A DNA stretch of 64,000 nucleotides from a virus (lineage: Duplodnaviria; Caudoviricetes): the IMG/VR virus record IMGVR_UViG_3300005077_000001, positions 192,336-256,335 of that record. The stretch is one strand, 5' to 3'. The translations under genes and the position numbers were made by a program. Positions 9,531 to 19,118 of this stretch are shown piece by piece. Positions within the stretch are counted from its first letter, which is position 1, and each line of letters opens with the position of its first letter. The notes beneath the pieces were generated by a model. It ran no database searches. It saw nothing but the letters and a program-made list of their open reading frames with translations, and had not been told where the DNA came from.

Positions 9531-10540
9531 TGGCAAAAAATCCTAATTGGACGGAAAAAGAATTAGATATCCTTATTAAGAATTATAATCATTTAAGGAT
9601 GAAAGACTTATGCAAACTATTTTTTAATAGGACTCCAGAATCTATAAAGATAAAAGCAAATAGAATAGGTTTATCCAGAGATTTTTATAATTATTGGTCC
9701 GAGGAAGAAGATAGTCTTTTATTAGAATTTTATAATAAAGCCAGTATAGAGGAAATTAGTAATAAGCTACATAGAAGTAAACAATCTATAAAATCTAGGG
9801 CAACCTTTTTAAAAATTACTAATCCAAAAACAAAAGAAGATGTCTTAGATTTTACTATTATAGATACAGAAGAAAAAGCCTATTGTTTAGGATTTATAGC
9901 AGCAGATGGCTGTTTAAGCAGATATAAAGAAGAAAACAATTATAATTTACGAATAAAATTATCTATTAAAGATGAATCTCATCTTATAAACTTATGTAAT
10001 ATTATAAGTCCTAAATCTAAAATACGATATTTGGAACAGAAAGGATTAAAATACATAGAATTTTATATTACCCATCCTAACTTAAAATTTTTATGTTTGC
10101 ACAATATATATCCTAGAAAAACATGGAATCCTAAACCCCCTTCTGCTTTAAAATATCATTTAATTCCTCATTATATTAGAGGTTATTTTGACGGTGATGG
10201 GCATATTGGAGTCATAAATAACAATTACAAAAAACTAAACTGTACTATAATAACTAAGCATAATCCTGGAATTAATATAAATCCTATTTTAATGTTTATT
10301 AAGGATGTTTTTATAGAATTATTTTATAATTGCAGTGTGAGTCTTACAACAAATAATAAGGTAGATAGATTAGTTATTTCTGGAAGAAATGCTTTCTATT
10401 TTGTTAATTGGATTTATAAAAATTCTAACTTATATCTATTTAGAAAGTATGATATAGCAAAAAATTATTTTATGGAAGTATCAGACATTGAAAATTATTT
10501 TAATAATAGGAGGAGATATGATAATAAAACAAATTGTTGA
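9530..10540 (+). CDS. free-standing LAGLIDADG homing endonuclease with two N-terminal Myb-like repeats
   Basis: DFTIIDTEEKAYCLGFIAADG, HYIRGYFDGDG, LFRKY. Confidence 0.85.
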   Translation: MAKNPNWTEKELDILIKNYNHLRMKDLCKLFFNRTPESIKIKANRIGLSRDFYNYWSEEEDSLLLEFYNKASIEEISNKLHRSKQSIKSRATFLKITNPKTKEDVLDFTIIDTEEKAYCLGFIAADGCLSRYKEENNYNLRIKLSIKDESHLINLCNIISPKSKIRYLEQKGLKYIEFYITHPNLKFLCLHNIYPRKTWNPKPPSALKYHLIPHYIRGYFDGDGHIGVINNNYKKLNCTIITKHNPGININPILMFIKDVFIELFYNCSVSLTTNNKVDRLVISGRNAFYFVNWIYKNSNLYLFRKYDIAKNYFMEVSDIENYFNNRRRYDNKTNC

Positions 10541-11207
10541 AAATAATATAGGTATAACTGATGTGGTAAATGATGGATCTTTAACCTATAAAGGATATGT
10601 TCACCACAGTGGTTTTGATTTTGTTCCTGAATTATTAGGTAATTTTTGTAAGTTTATTAATGAGTTTTGTAATAGATTTGGTATTACAGATAATTCAAAA
10701 ATAATAGAATTCGGATGTGGTTCTGGAGTTTTAGTAAATTGTTTTCCTAATGACTGCCTTTATGTTGGATTGGATGGTAATTTAGAGGGAGGAAAATTTA
10801 TTAAGGAAAAAAATAATAAAAATAAAAATTTTATTTCTGTAGATTTAACTAAGGATTTTTGTTTAGAACCTTATTTGAAATATGATGCTTTGTTTTCTTT
10901 TGATTTTATGGAACACTTGGATTTAGAAAACATCTCTATTGTATTAAATCATATGGATAACTTATTGAATAAAAATGGAATTATGTTATCATTAATAGAT
11001 ACTATTGAATTAGAAGCCCATCGAAGTAATCATCCTTTACCTTGGTGGATTGATAAAATAAATTCACTAACTAATTGGCAATTAGTAGATGCTTGTTGGA
11101 GACATCAAAATAGAGAAAGCTATTGGTGGCAACTTTTTGAAAAAACAATTCCTCCTTTTTGGCAACCAAATATAAACAATCAAATGATTGTTATTTATAG
11201 GAAATAG
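10518..11207 (+). CDS. class I SAM-dependent methyltransferase
   Basis: IIEFGCGSG motif I, VGLDG, SVDL, FSFDFMEHL; ATG 10518 behind AGGAGG. Confidence 0.8.
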   Translation: MIIKQIVENNIGITDVVNDGSLTYKGYVHHSGFDFVPELLGNFCKFINEFCNRFGITDNSKIIEFGCGSGVLVNCFPNDCLYVGLDGNLEGGKFIKEKNNKNKNFISVDLTKDFCLEPYLKYDALFSFDFMEHLDLENISIVLNHMDNLLNKNGIMLSLIDTIELEAHRSNHPLPWWIDKINSLTNWQLVDACWRHQNRESYWWQLFEKTIPPFWQPNINNQMIVIYRK

Positions 11208-11216
11208 GAGATAAAG

Positions 11217-11927
11217 ATGGATTACAAAAATAAAATAAATAGTTTGTTAGGTGAAGATCTGCTTATATTCAAAGGGGATAAGGAGTCAGAAGAATTCATA
11301 GATAAATATAATGCTATAGATACTACAGAGTTTGATAATAAGATAGCTGCATTTCATGAAGATTCTAATAATATACTCTATATGAAAGCAATTTATAAAT
11401 TTGCTAAATGTGCAGAAGTAACATCGGTAGTAGAGTTGGGTACTAGAGGATGCTATTCTTCTCTTGCTTTTTTGGAAGCTATGGGAGCAGAAGGAGAATT
11501 GTATAGTTTTGACCCAGTAATAGGTGGTAACTCTTTACTAAAAGCAGATGAAGTAAATCCTAGATGGAATAGATATGAAAAATTTGATTATGATGGTTAT
11601 GCAGAATTATCTGATAGCATAAAAAATTTTGATATGCTTTATATTGATACTGACCCCCATTCCTATGATCAGCTATTTCAGCAACTTAGAAATTGGTGGA
11701 TTAATAATTTAAAGTCTGGTGGCTATCTGCTGTTGGATGACCATTCCCCATTGCACCAAGTAGAGACTTTTGGTAATAGACCTGCTGGATTATTTAATGT
11801 TAATGCTCAGTTTGGAACATTACGTGCAACCCTAGAGTTTATTGAAGAGAGATATGATGATATACATTGGGCTTTTAGTGTTGAAAATAATTATTCTAAT
11901 GGGATTGCTATAATAAAGTTTAAATAA
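11217..11927 (+). CDS. class I SAM-dependent methyltransferase (Methyltransf_24-like, sugar O-methyltransferase type)
   Basis: VVELGTRGCYSS, YSFDP, MLYIDTDPHSY, LKSGGYLLLDD. Confidence 0.75.
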   Translation: MDYKNKINSLLGEDLLIFKGDKESEEFIDKYNAIDTTEFDNKIAAFHEDSNNILYMKAIYKFAKCAEVTSVVELGTRGCYSSLAFLEAMGAEGELYSFDPVIGGNSLLKADEVNPRWNRYEKFDYDGYAELSDSIKNFDMLYIDTDPHSYDQLFQQLRNWWINNLKSGGYLLLDDHSPLHQVETFGNRPAGLFNVNAQFGTLRATLEFIEERYDDIHWAFSVENNYSNGIAIIKFK

Positions 11928-12797
11928 ATGTCTTTCTTAATGAATAATGTTAAATGTGAATACGTACACTACAATCCAAATCCTAATGCCAAATACGGGA
12001 TTGCGTTATCTTTCGGTAAGCGTAACTGGGTAGATACTATCTTTCAAGGACAATTAGTTAATAACACTTTCTATAATAAAGAGTTAATTGAATTATCTTG
12101 TTGTAGTTATATTAAATTTCCAGATGAATGGATGGAAGAAGCTAAAAAATTATTTAATTATATAATATACGTAGATACTGATTTAGGTAAAGAAAATGGT
12201 ACAACTTTACAATCAAATTCAGCTATTTATCCATTAATGCAAAATGAAAATATAAAAGCTGTTTGGCACGGAGATGGTGATACAGTAATTATAAGAGATG
12301 TATATTTGTATGCTTTTTCAAATATGCTTTTAGATACTAATAAAGTAATTTTAACGACTAATGTTTCTTACCAATACAACCATCAACAAGGAACTAGATA
12401 CGAATTTGCTTTATTGGGAAGTAATACCCACGTTGTAAGACAATTTGGTGGGATGTTTGTACTAAATAGAAAACGTGCTTTAGAAACTGGATATTTTCCA
12501 AGACCTTGTATGGGTCATTTTGAATTTGATGGGTATACCCATTTTATTAATTGCGGACTAACCTTGGAAAAAGATGCTATAATTGTACCTCGTTTGCCAT
12601 TTGACCAACGAGGAGAAGAGTGGTTATTGTATAGTATTGATTTTCATTCTGGTGTACTACATTGTAGTAATGCTTATAATCCTAATGTTGAAACTACAAA
12701 AGAAGATAGGAAACTTAGACTTTTGAGAGCGACGGGGTTTAATAAATGGGAGAATATAGCAACAGGAATTTTAATGGGGGTGGATTATGGACTTTAA
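11928..12797 (+). CDS. uncharacterised DxD protein, putative GT-A glycosyltransferase (paralog 1)
   Basis: VWHGDGDT motif; alignable by eye to the next ORF. Confidence 0.5.
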   Translation: MSFLMNNVKCEYVHYNPNPNAKYGIALSFGKRNWVDTIFQGQLVNNTFYNKELIELSCCSYIKFPDEWMEEAKKLFNYIIYVDTDLGKENGTTLQSNSAIYPLMQNENIKAVWHGDGDTVIIRDVYLYAFSNMLLDTNKVILTTNVSYQYNHQQGTRYEFALLGSNTHVVRQFGGMFVLNRKRALETGYFPRPCMGHFEFDGYTHFINCGLTLEKDAIIVPRLPFDQRGEEWLLYSIDFHSGVLHCSNAYNPNVETTKEDRKLRLLRATGFNKWENIATGILMGVDYGL

Positions 12798-13713
12798 TCT
12801 ATTAGATGTTTCCTATTCGTATTTACATTTTAATCCAAATTCTAAGGCCAAGTACGGATTAGGAATTGGTATACATACTACAAACTTTTTAGATGGTGTA
12901 TTTTTTCTTAACTATATAAATAAATATTGGTATAATCGTGAATTCATAGATATTGGAATTTGTACTTCTTTACCGATTCCTGAAAATTATTTAGAAGATA
13001 TGAAATTGAATGCGAATTACATTGTAAAGTGTGAGCAAGATAGAGGGAAAGAATTAGGTACCATGGATAATTTAAATGGAGCCTTCTTTCCTTCCTACCA
13101 AAATGAATCTGTGAAAACAATTACTCATGTTGATGGAGATGAAATTATTCTAAATGCACAGTACTTTTTTGGTAATGCAATTATGCTTTTAGATTCTAAT
13201 AAAGCAATTCTTAACACTCAGGAAACGTTTTATTATGACCAAGAAACAATGACCGAACGGCCGGCTGAGTATAATGAAGCGTGGAAAACTAAATTTAATC
13301 ATTTGTTAATTATTAATAAGGAACGTGTACCATTTGAAACTTACTATCCTATAAAGTGTTATGGGGATTTTCATAGTGATTTATATCGTCATTTTATTGA
13401 TTCAGGATATACTATGGATGATGTGCTGCTACTAAAACGAAAAGTCTTCAATTGTGATATGCCTACTAATTTTCTACACGGGTTTAATTTCCAATTGGGG
13501 ATGGTGCATGCCACTAATCAAATACAGTATCCTGAAACTGAGGATAGAAAGATACGTATACTTAGACTACACTCTGACTCTATTTGGGAAGATAACTCAG
13601 TTGGGGCACATCGTTGGTGGGATGAAGAAAAAGGATTAAAACCACCTTATAAAGGATATAATCCAAAATTATATAGCGTAAAACCAAAAAAGGATACATA
13701 TGATAACAGATAG
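12787..13713 (+). CDS. uncharacterised DxD protein, putative GT-A glycosyltransferase (paralog 2)
   Basis: ITHVDGDE motif; shares HFNPN.KAKYG, GKE.GT and EDRK.R.LR with the upstream ORF. Confidence 0.5.
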   Translation: MDFNLLDVSYSYLHFNPNSKAKYGLGIGIHTTNFLDGVFFLNYINKYWYNREFIDIGICTSLPIPENYLEDMKLNANYIVKCEQDRGKELGTMDNLNGAFFPSYQNESVKTITHVDGDEIILNAQYFFGNAIMLLDSNKAILNTQETFYYDQETMTERPAEYNEAWKTKFNHLLIINKERVPFETYYPIKCYGDFHSDLYRHFIDSGYTMDDVLLLKRKVFNCDMPTNFLHGFNFQLGMVHATNQIQYPETEDRKIRILRLHSDSIWEDNSVGAHRWWDEEKGLKPPYKGYNPKLYSVKPKKDTYDNR

Positions 13714-13734
13714 CATAGGAGAAAAGGTTAAACC

Positions 13735-14451
13735 ATGGTAAATATTATTATTTCTATTCCAAAAAGTGGAACCCATTTTTTAAATGAAGTTTTAATCCAC
13801 GCATTGGATAATAATTGCGATTATTCTTTTAGTAAGCAAACATTTGGTGGGAATCTACAAGAGGTTAGAGATGGATTAAATAAAGTTTTAGATAATAATA
13901 AGAAATCTAATCTCAATTACTTAGCTCATTGGGCTTATTCTGAAGAATTGGCAGATTGGCTAATTGATACAGATTACAATGTGTTTTTTATTTATAGGCA
14001 CCCTTTAGATGTTGCAGTTTCTTTTATAGAAGGTGCTCTATTGAAGCTCTTTGATGACCCTATTGCAAATAAGATAAGAAGAATAAACAATAAGGATTTA
14101 AATTATATCTGGTTATTGGAAGGCTATCGTAATATAAAACACCCAAATGCTGTTGGATTGAGGAAAATAATAGAAGAGAGATTAAAGTGGGCCGAGATAT
14201 TTTTTAATGTTAAGTATAGGCATTTGTATGATATAAATCATTGTAATAAACTACAATTATGTATGTCTAATTTAATTGGATGTGATACTAGCCACCTTTG
14301 TAATGCTGTAAATGAGGCTAAAAATACTATTACCAAAACTTTTAGAAATCCTGGTGTTGATAATTGGAAAAATGAAATGCCTGAACATATACAAAATAAG
14401 TATATATCTTCTTTAAATGACTTAATTGTGGATATGGGATTCCAATGTTAA
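13735..14451 (+). CDS. PAPS-dependent sulfotransferase
   Basis: 5'-PSB loop SIPKSGTHFL, 3'-PB YRHPLDVAVS, C-terminal FRNPGVDNWK. Confidence 0.85.
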   Translation: MVNIIISIPKSGTHFLNEVLIHALDNNCDYSFSKQTFGGNLQEVRDGLNKVLDNNKKSNLNYLAHWAYSEELADWLIDTDYNVFFIYRHPLDVAVSFIEGALLKLFDDPIANKIRRINNKDLNYIWLLEGYRNIKHPNAVGLRKIIEERLKWAEIFFNVKYRHLYDINHCNKLQLCMSNLIGCDTSHLCNAVNEAKNTITKTFRNPGVDNWKNEMPEHIQNKYISSLNDLIVDMGFQC

Positions 14452-14954
14452 AACAGGTAATATGGCTATTTGGAAAATCTGGAACTGGAAAAACTACATT
14501 AGCTACTGCTTTATCAAATAAGATAAACGTTCCTTTACTAGATGCAGATAAGATTAGATTAGTGTTGGGAATTGAACCAGATTTTTCTCTTCAAGGTAGA
14601 TTAAAATTTCAAAAAGAATTTAGAAAGTATATAAAAAACTATGATGCTCAGACTGTTGTGGTAGCATCAATAACACCACTACAAGAAATGAGAAATAAAA
14701 ACAGAAAAGAATTTAAAAATTATTATGAAATATATCTTCATTGTAGTATGGATAAACTAATAGCACGAGATCCAAAAAGATTATATGCAAAGGCGCTCAG
14801 AGGAGATATTACTAATTTTACAGGGTTATCTTCAGTGTTTGAAAAACCTTATAGTAATTATCCAGATTTATACATAGATACGGGGAACATGAGTATTGAT
14901 TCATCTTTGAAAATTGTATATGATTCCTTAATAAAAAAATACGGAAAGGATTAA
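14445..14954 (+). CDS. cysC: adenylyl-sulfate (APS) kinase
   Basis: IWLFGKSGTGKT P-loop, LLDADKIR, ASITP, RDPKRLY, NFTGLSSVFEKP. Confidence 0.92.
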   Translation: MLKQVIWLFGKSGTGKTTLATALSNKINVPLLDADKIRLVLGIEPDFSLQGRLKFQKEFRKYIKNYDAQTVVVASITPLQEMRNKNRKEFKNYYEIYLHCSMDKLIARDPKRLYAKALRGDITNFTGLSSVFEKPYSNYPDLYIDTGNMSIDSSLKIVYDSLIKKYGKD

Positions 14955-14956
14955 CT

Positions 14957-15940
14957 ATGAAAATACTTGTTACAGGAGGCTCCGGTTACATAGGCTCAGT
15001 GCTGATTAAATATTTATTTAATTATGGCAAAGAACTAGGTGATTTAAAACCAATTGAAAAAGTTACAGTTGTTGATTCCTTATTATTCAATCAAAATACT
15101 CTAGGACAATATGCAGATAATCCAAAGTTTGAATTTATTTGTGGGGATGTTTCTGATACTAGTCTGATGTGGCCTCTGTACGAAGAAGCAGATGTAATAA
15201 TTCCTCTTGCGGGACTAGTTGGATTTCCTATTTGTGCTAAGCATCCTGACTTAGCTTGGAAATTAAATTGTGATGTAATAGCGGATATGGTTGAGTTCCT
15301 ATTTGTCCATGATTGGTTAAAGAATAAGAAGATAATCTATCCCTGCACTAATAGCGGTTATGGAAGTTATCCTGATGGAAGAATGGTTACTGAAGAAGAT
15401 AAATTGAATCCTATTTCTGTGTACGGTCAAAGTAAGGTAGAAGCAGAGAGTATTTTGTTAGCAGCAGGAGCAGTTTCTCTTCGTCTTGCGACAGTTATGG
15501 GGTACAGTCCTTTTATGAGAGTAGGGCTTTTAGTTAATACCTTTTGTTGGAACGCGTCTAAACAAAGGAATATAGTACTGTATGAAAAAACCGCTAGACG
15601 TAATTATATACACGTGGAAGATGTATGCCAAGCATTCATATTAGCTTTACATAATTATGATTGGGTAAAAGGAGAAGCATTTAATGTAGGCTTATCCACT
15701 GCTAATTTAAATAAAGAAGAATTAGCTAAGAAAATAGCAGAGCATACGGAATTACATATTGTTGAAGCTCCTTTTATGACTGACCCAGACCAACGTGACT
15801 ACTTGGTATCTAATGAAAAAATAGAAACAAGGTTGGGATTTAAACCAAAATGGGATTTAGATAGAACTATAAATCAATTACTAAAATTTTATAAAGGGGT
15901 ATCTGAGCATTCATCTAATGTTTATTTTGGAACAACTTAA
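14957..15940 (+). CDS. extended-SDR NDP-sugar epimerase/dehydratase
   Basis: VTGGSGYIG, YGQSK (YxxxK), SLRLATV.G.SP.MR, RNYIHVED. Confidence 0.85.
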   Translation: MKILVTGGSGYIGSVLIKYLFNYGKELGDLKPIEKVTVVDSLLFNQNTLGQYADNPKFEFICGDVSDTSLMWPLYEEADVIIPLAGLVGFPICAKHPDLAWKLNCDVIADMVEFLFVHDWLKNKKIIYPCTNSGYGSYPDGRMVTEEDKLNPISVYGQSKVEAESILLAAGAVSLRLATVMGYSPFMRVGLLVNTFCWNASKQRNIVLYEKTARRNYIHVEDVCQAFILALHNYDWVKGEAFNVGLSTANLNKEELAKKIAEHTELHIVEAPFMTDPDQRDYLVSNEKIETRLGFKPKWDLDRTINQLLKFYKGVSEHSSNVYFGTT

Positions 15941-16032
15941 GTGTTAAAACAAATATACAAAAATCTATTTTACTATTTATTCATTATTGGATTAGCAGAA
16001 GACTACACAGAATTTGAAAAGGAGAATAAAAA

Positions 16033-16464
16033 ATGGGATTTGTATCAAGAGAAATTGAAAAGATTAGAAAAGAAATAGTCAAGGAATTGGAAAAAAACGA
16101 TACAGAAGGAAGAACAACAAGCAGTCTATATGAAAAATTAGCAATTGCTAACCAAGCTTTGGGTTGGGCATTAGAACCTAACGGGGTAATGTCACCTTAT
16201 ACTTATATTATGAATGTTAATTCTCATGGAGAAGATTATAAAGAACCAGAAAAAGAAGAATAGGAAAAAATGAAATTAAGTAAATTTAAACAATTACGTA
16301 GAGATACCCATTGGTCTGAAGATGCTGTGTATTGTTGCAGTGACGAATTATGTGGTTGGGTTGGAACAGGCCCTGATTTAGTAAGCGATTCTGGCTTTGA
16401 TTCTTGGTGGATGCAGCCTACTTGCCCTTTGTGTGGTGAAGATGCTTATGAGGAAGGTATATGA
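16033..16464 (+). CDS. two small hypothetical proteins (16033-16263; 16270-16464 with Zn-ribbon CxxxxC...CPLC)
   Basis: ORF track; AAGGAG RBS before 16033. Confidence 0.55.
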
Positions 16465-16865
16465 CTAAAACCTGTCCTTTAAATAATAATAAATGTGTAG
16501 AATCTTGTATGTGGTTTGACACAGGTTTTATGAATTGTAAAATTATTTATTATATGGGGGAATTATCTAAAGATATTGCAGACATTAACAGTTTATTATT
16601 TGAGATAAATAAGAAAACAGAAGAAAATAATAAAAAGCTTGTTGCTGTTGCATCTACAATAAAACCAGGCCGCCCACCAAAATCAAGTAATAAGAAGACC
16701 AAGGGTAAATATGTTTCTAATTGGAATGAAGAGCAGGCACAGTTACTAAAAGATAATTGGAACAAAGTATCTAAAGAAGAATTAGAACAAATAGTTGGAA
16801 AGAAATGGAGACAGATATTAGGAAAAGTTGCTAGATTGAATCTAGGAAAATGGAAAGGAGAGTAG
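16461..16865 (+). CDS. hypothetical DNA-binding protein (Cys-rich N-terminus, PGRP AT-hook-like motif, C-terminal Myb-like repeat)
   Basis: CP..NNKC...CMWF, KPGRPPK, WNEEQAQLLKDNW...GKKWRQI.GK..RLNL. Confidence 0.5.
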   Translation: MTKTCPLNNNKCVESCMWFDTGFMNCKIIYYMGELSKDIADINSLLFEINKKTEENNKKLVAVASTIKPGRPPKSSNKKTKGKYVSNWNEEQAQLLKDNWNKVSKEELEQIVGKKWRQILGKVARLNLGKWKGE

Positions 16866-16893
16866 ATGGAAGATACATATGGTAGAAGTAATT

Positions 16894-17673
16894 ATGAATA
16901 GAAAAATAATCTCTGCTTCTCGTAGAACAGATTTACCAGCATTTCATTCGGAATGGTTTTTAGATGGAGTAAATAAAGGGTATGTGGATGTAGTAAACCC
17001 TTACTCAAAAGAAAACCAGATAATATCTTTATTACCAGAAAATGTTAATTTTATTGCGTTTTAGACTAAAAACTTTATTCCTCTTATGAAAGATTCTTTA
17101 TTATTACAAAAACAATATAACTTTTATATTAATTATACTATTAATAACTACGAAAAAGATATAGAACCAAATGTACCTAATTTAGATTTAACAATAGGCG
17201 CTGTTCGCATCTTAAATGAAAATAAAATACCAATTAGATGGCGATATGATACTATACTTTTGACAGATTATTATACCAAAGATTGGCATTTAAGTAATTT
17301 TAAACAATTATGTAAAAGTTTGGAATGTTCAGTATCATCCTGTACTTTTAGTTTTTGTAATTGGTATCCTAAAGTAGAAAAACATTTACAAAAAATTGGA
17401 ATTGATTATTATAAACCAACTGATGAAGAAAAAAAAGAAATGGCTTCAAAGATGTTAGAGATTGCTTGTGCTTATGATATTTCGTTATTATCTTGTTCAG
17501 ATTCTTCGGTTTTAATTCCTGGTATTGGGCAGGCTCATTGCATTGATCCTAGTTTTTCACAAATTAATGTTGGGAAAGGAAATAATCGTAAAGAATGTGG
17601 TTGTGCTAAAGCAGTCGATATTGGAACATATGGAACTTGTAATCATGAATGCATTTATTGCTATGCAACTTAA
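16894..17673 (+). pseudogene. DUF1848-like (radical-SAM-related Fe-S) gene interrupted by in-frame TAG at 17062-17064
   Basis: IISASRRTDLPAF...NPY...F*TKN (family FWTKN)...RWRYD...CGCAKAVDIGTYGTCNHECIYCYA; both halves in one frame. Confidence 0.8.
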
Positions 17674-17688
17674 AAAAAGGAGACTGAA

Positions 17689-18069
17689 ATGACTGAAACA
17701 TTAAGAGGGCTATCGTCGGTAAGAGTTACAAAAGAGTTTTTATTAGAGAAGTTACAAGCAAATCGTGAAGAGCATTCTGTAGTTTATGAAGAGGCAATGC
17801 TCGGATGGAATACAAAAGTACTAGAATTCCTAGAGTCATCAATTGAGAGAGTAAAATCTGATTTAAACTTTAATCCATTCATTAATATCAATCTTCCTAA
17901 ACCAGACAATCACTTGCTGGATTATGATAGAGCGATTGATTTATTGAAAGCTAGCTTAGATACTGAGTTTGTTTTAACTTCTAAAGAATTCGCTCAGTAC
18001 GTAAGAGACGAATGGGATTGGAAAGATTACTTTAATGCTACTATCTCTGGGTGTGGGTATATAAGGTAA
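17689..18069 (+). CDS. hypothetical protein
   Basis: 126-aa ORF with AAGGAG RBS. Confidence 0.6.
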   Translation: MTETLRGLSSVRVTKEFLLEKLQANREEHSVVYEEAMLGWNTKVLEFLESSIERVKSDLNFNPFININLPKPDNHLLDYDRAIDLLKASLDTEFVLTSKEFAQYVRDEWDWKDYFNATISGCGYIR

Positions 18070-18073
18070 TAAG

Positions 18074-19117
18074 ATGGAAAAGGACTATATAGGGGAACAC
18101 CCCGCTAAGCAGGTACCTAAAGTTGGATTTAAAAGAGGAATAAGATATCAACCTCGAATTTTAGTCTTAGGCGGTAATGGTTTCTTCGGTAAAAACTTAC
18201 GCCCATATTTAGAATCATATTGGCCAAATGCTGATATCATAGATGTTCAAGGTAGACGCTTTTTTGATTTGACCATTCAAAATGAATGTAGGATTTGCTT
18301 TGAGCGTGCTGCAAGCCAAGGACCAATTAATATAGTAATTAATCTTGCTGCTTATAGCGGTGGTATGTTTGAAAACATGAATCATCATGCTAGATTCTAT
18401 TATCAGAATTCTATGATTAATTTGAATGTGATGGATGAGTGTGCTAGATATAAAGTAAACAAATTACTTGTGCCTATTGGAGGTTGTAGTTATCCAGATA
18501 CTAACGAGTACAACGGTGGCACATATACTGAAGATGAGATATGGAATGGGTTTGCAAATAAGAATAGCTATGGATATTCGATGGCAAAACGTAATGCAAT
18601 AGTAGGAGCATTGGCTTATAGTTCAGAATTCAATTTGAATACCACTGTTGTAATTCCTACGAATCCAATTGGACCGTGGGATAATGTAGATGAAAAAAAT
18701 GCACATCTTCCGATGGCATTAATAGGTAGGTTTTTAGAAGCAATTGCTGAGGGCTATTCGACAGTAACTGTTTATGGAAGTGGTAGACCAGAAAGAGACT
18801 TTTTATACATAGGAGATATAGTGAGCTTATATCCTGCAATTATTGATCACTATGGGGAGATAGGCCCTTTAAACATTAGTTCTGGTAAAGGAACAACTAT
18901 TGCAGAGATGGCAGAGCTTATAGCAAAAACTACAGGGTTCACCGGTAAAATTCATTTTGATAGAAGTAAACCAGACGGCCAGATGAAAAAGGTCCTTGAT
19001 AACAGTAAGCTCTTAGAATTTGTGAATGAGTATAGCATCAAGTGGGAACCTATGGGGTTAGAAGAAAGTATTGAAACGACTGTAGAATGGTATCGTAAAA
19101 GAATTCTAGGAGAATAA
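18074..19117 (+). CDS. fcl: GDP-L-fucose synthase-like epimerase/reductase
   Basis: LGGNGFFG, NLAAYSGG..EN, GCSYP, YSMAK, PTN..GPWDN, AHLPMALI, GSGRPERDFLY, KPDGQMKK. Confidence 0.88.
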   Translation: MEKDYIGEHPAKQVPKVGFKRGIRYQPRILVLGGNGFFGKNLRPYLESYWPNADIIDVQGRRFFDLTIQNECRICFERAASQGPINIVINLAAYSGGMFENMNHHARFYYQNSMINLNVMDECARYKVNKLLVPIGGCSYPDTNEYNGGTYTEDEIWNGFANKNSYGYSMAKRNAIVGALAYSSEFNLNTTVVIPTNPIGPWDNVDEKNAHLPMALIGRFLEAIAEGYSTVTVYGSGRPERDFLYIGDIVSLYPAIIDHYGEIGPLNISSGKGTTIAEMAELIAKTTGFTGKIHFDRSKPDGQMKKVLDNSKLLEFVNEYSIKWEPMGLEESIETTVEWYRKRILGE

Positions 19118-19118
19118 A

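Noticed and set aside
16033-16464. In-frame TAG junction between 16033-16263 and 16270-16464 as a readthrough fusion
   Set aside because: A 6-nt spacer in frame is expected by chance about one time in three, and nothing suggests a single domain across the junction.
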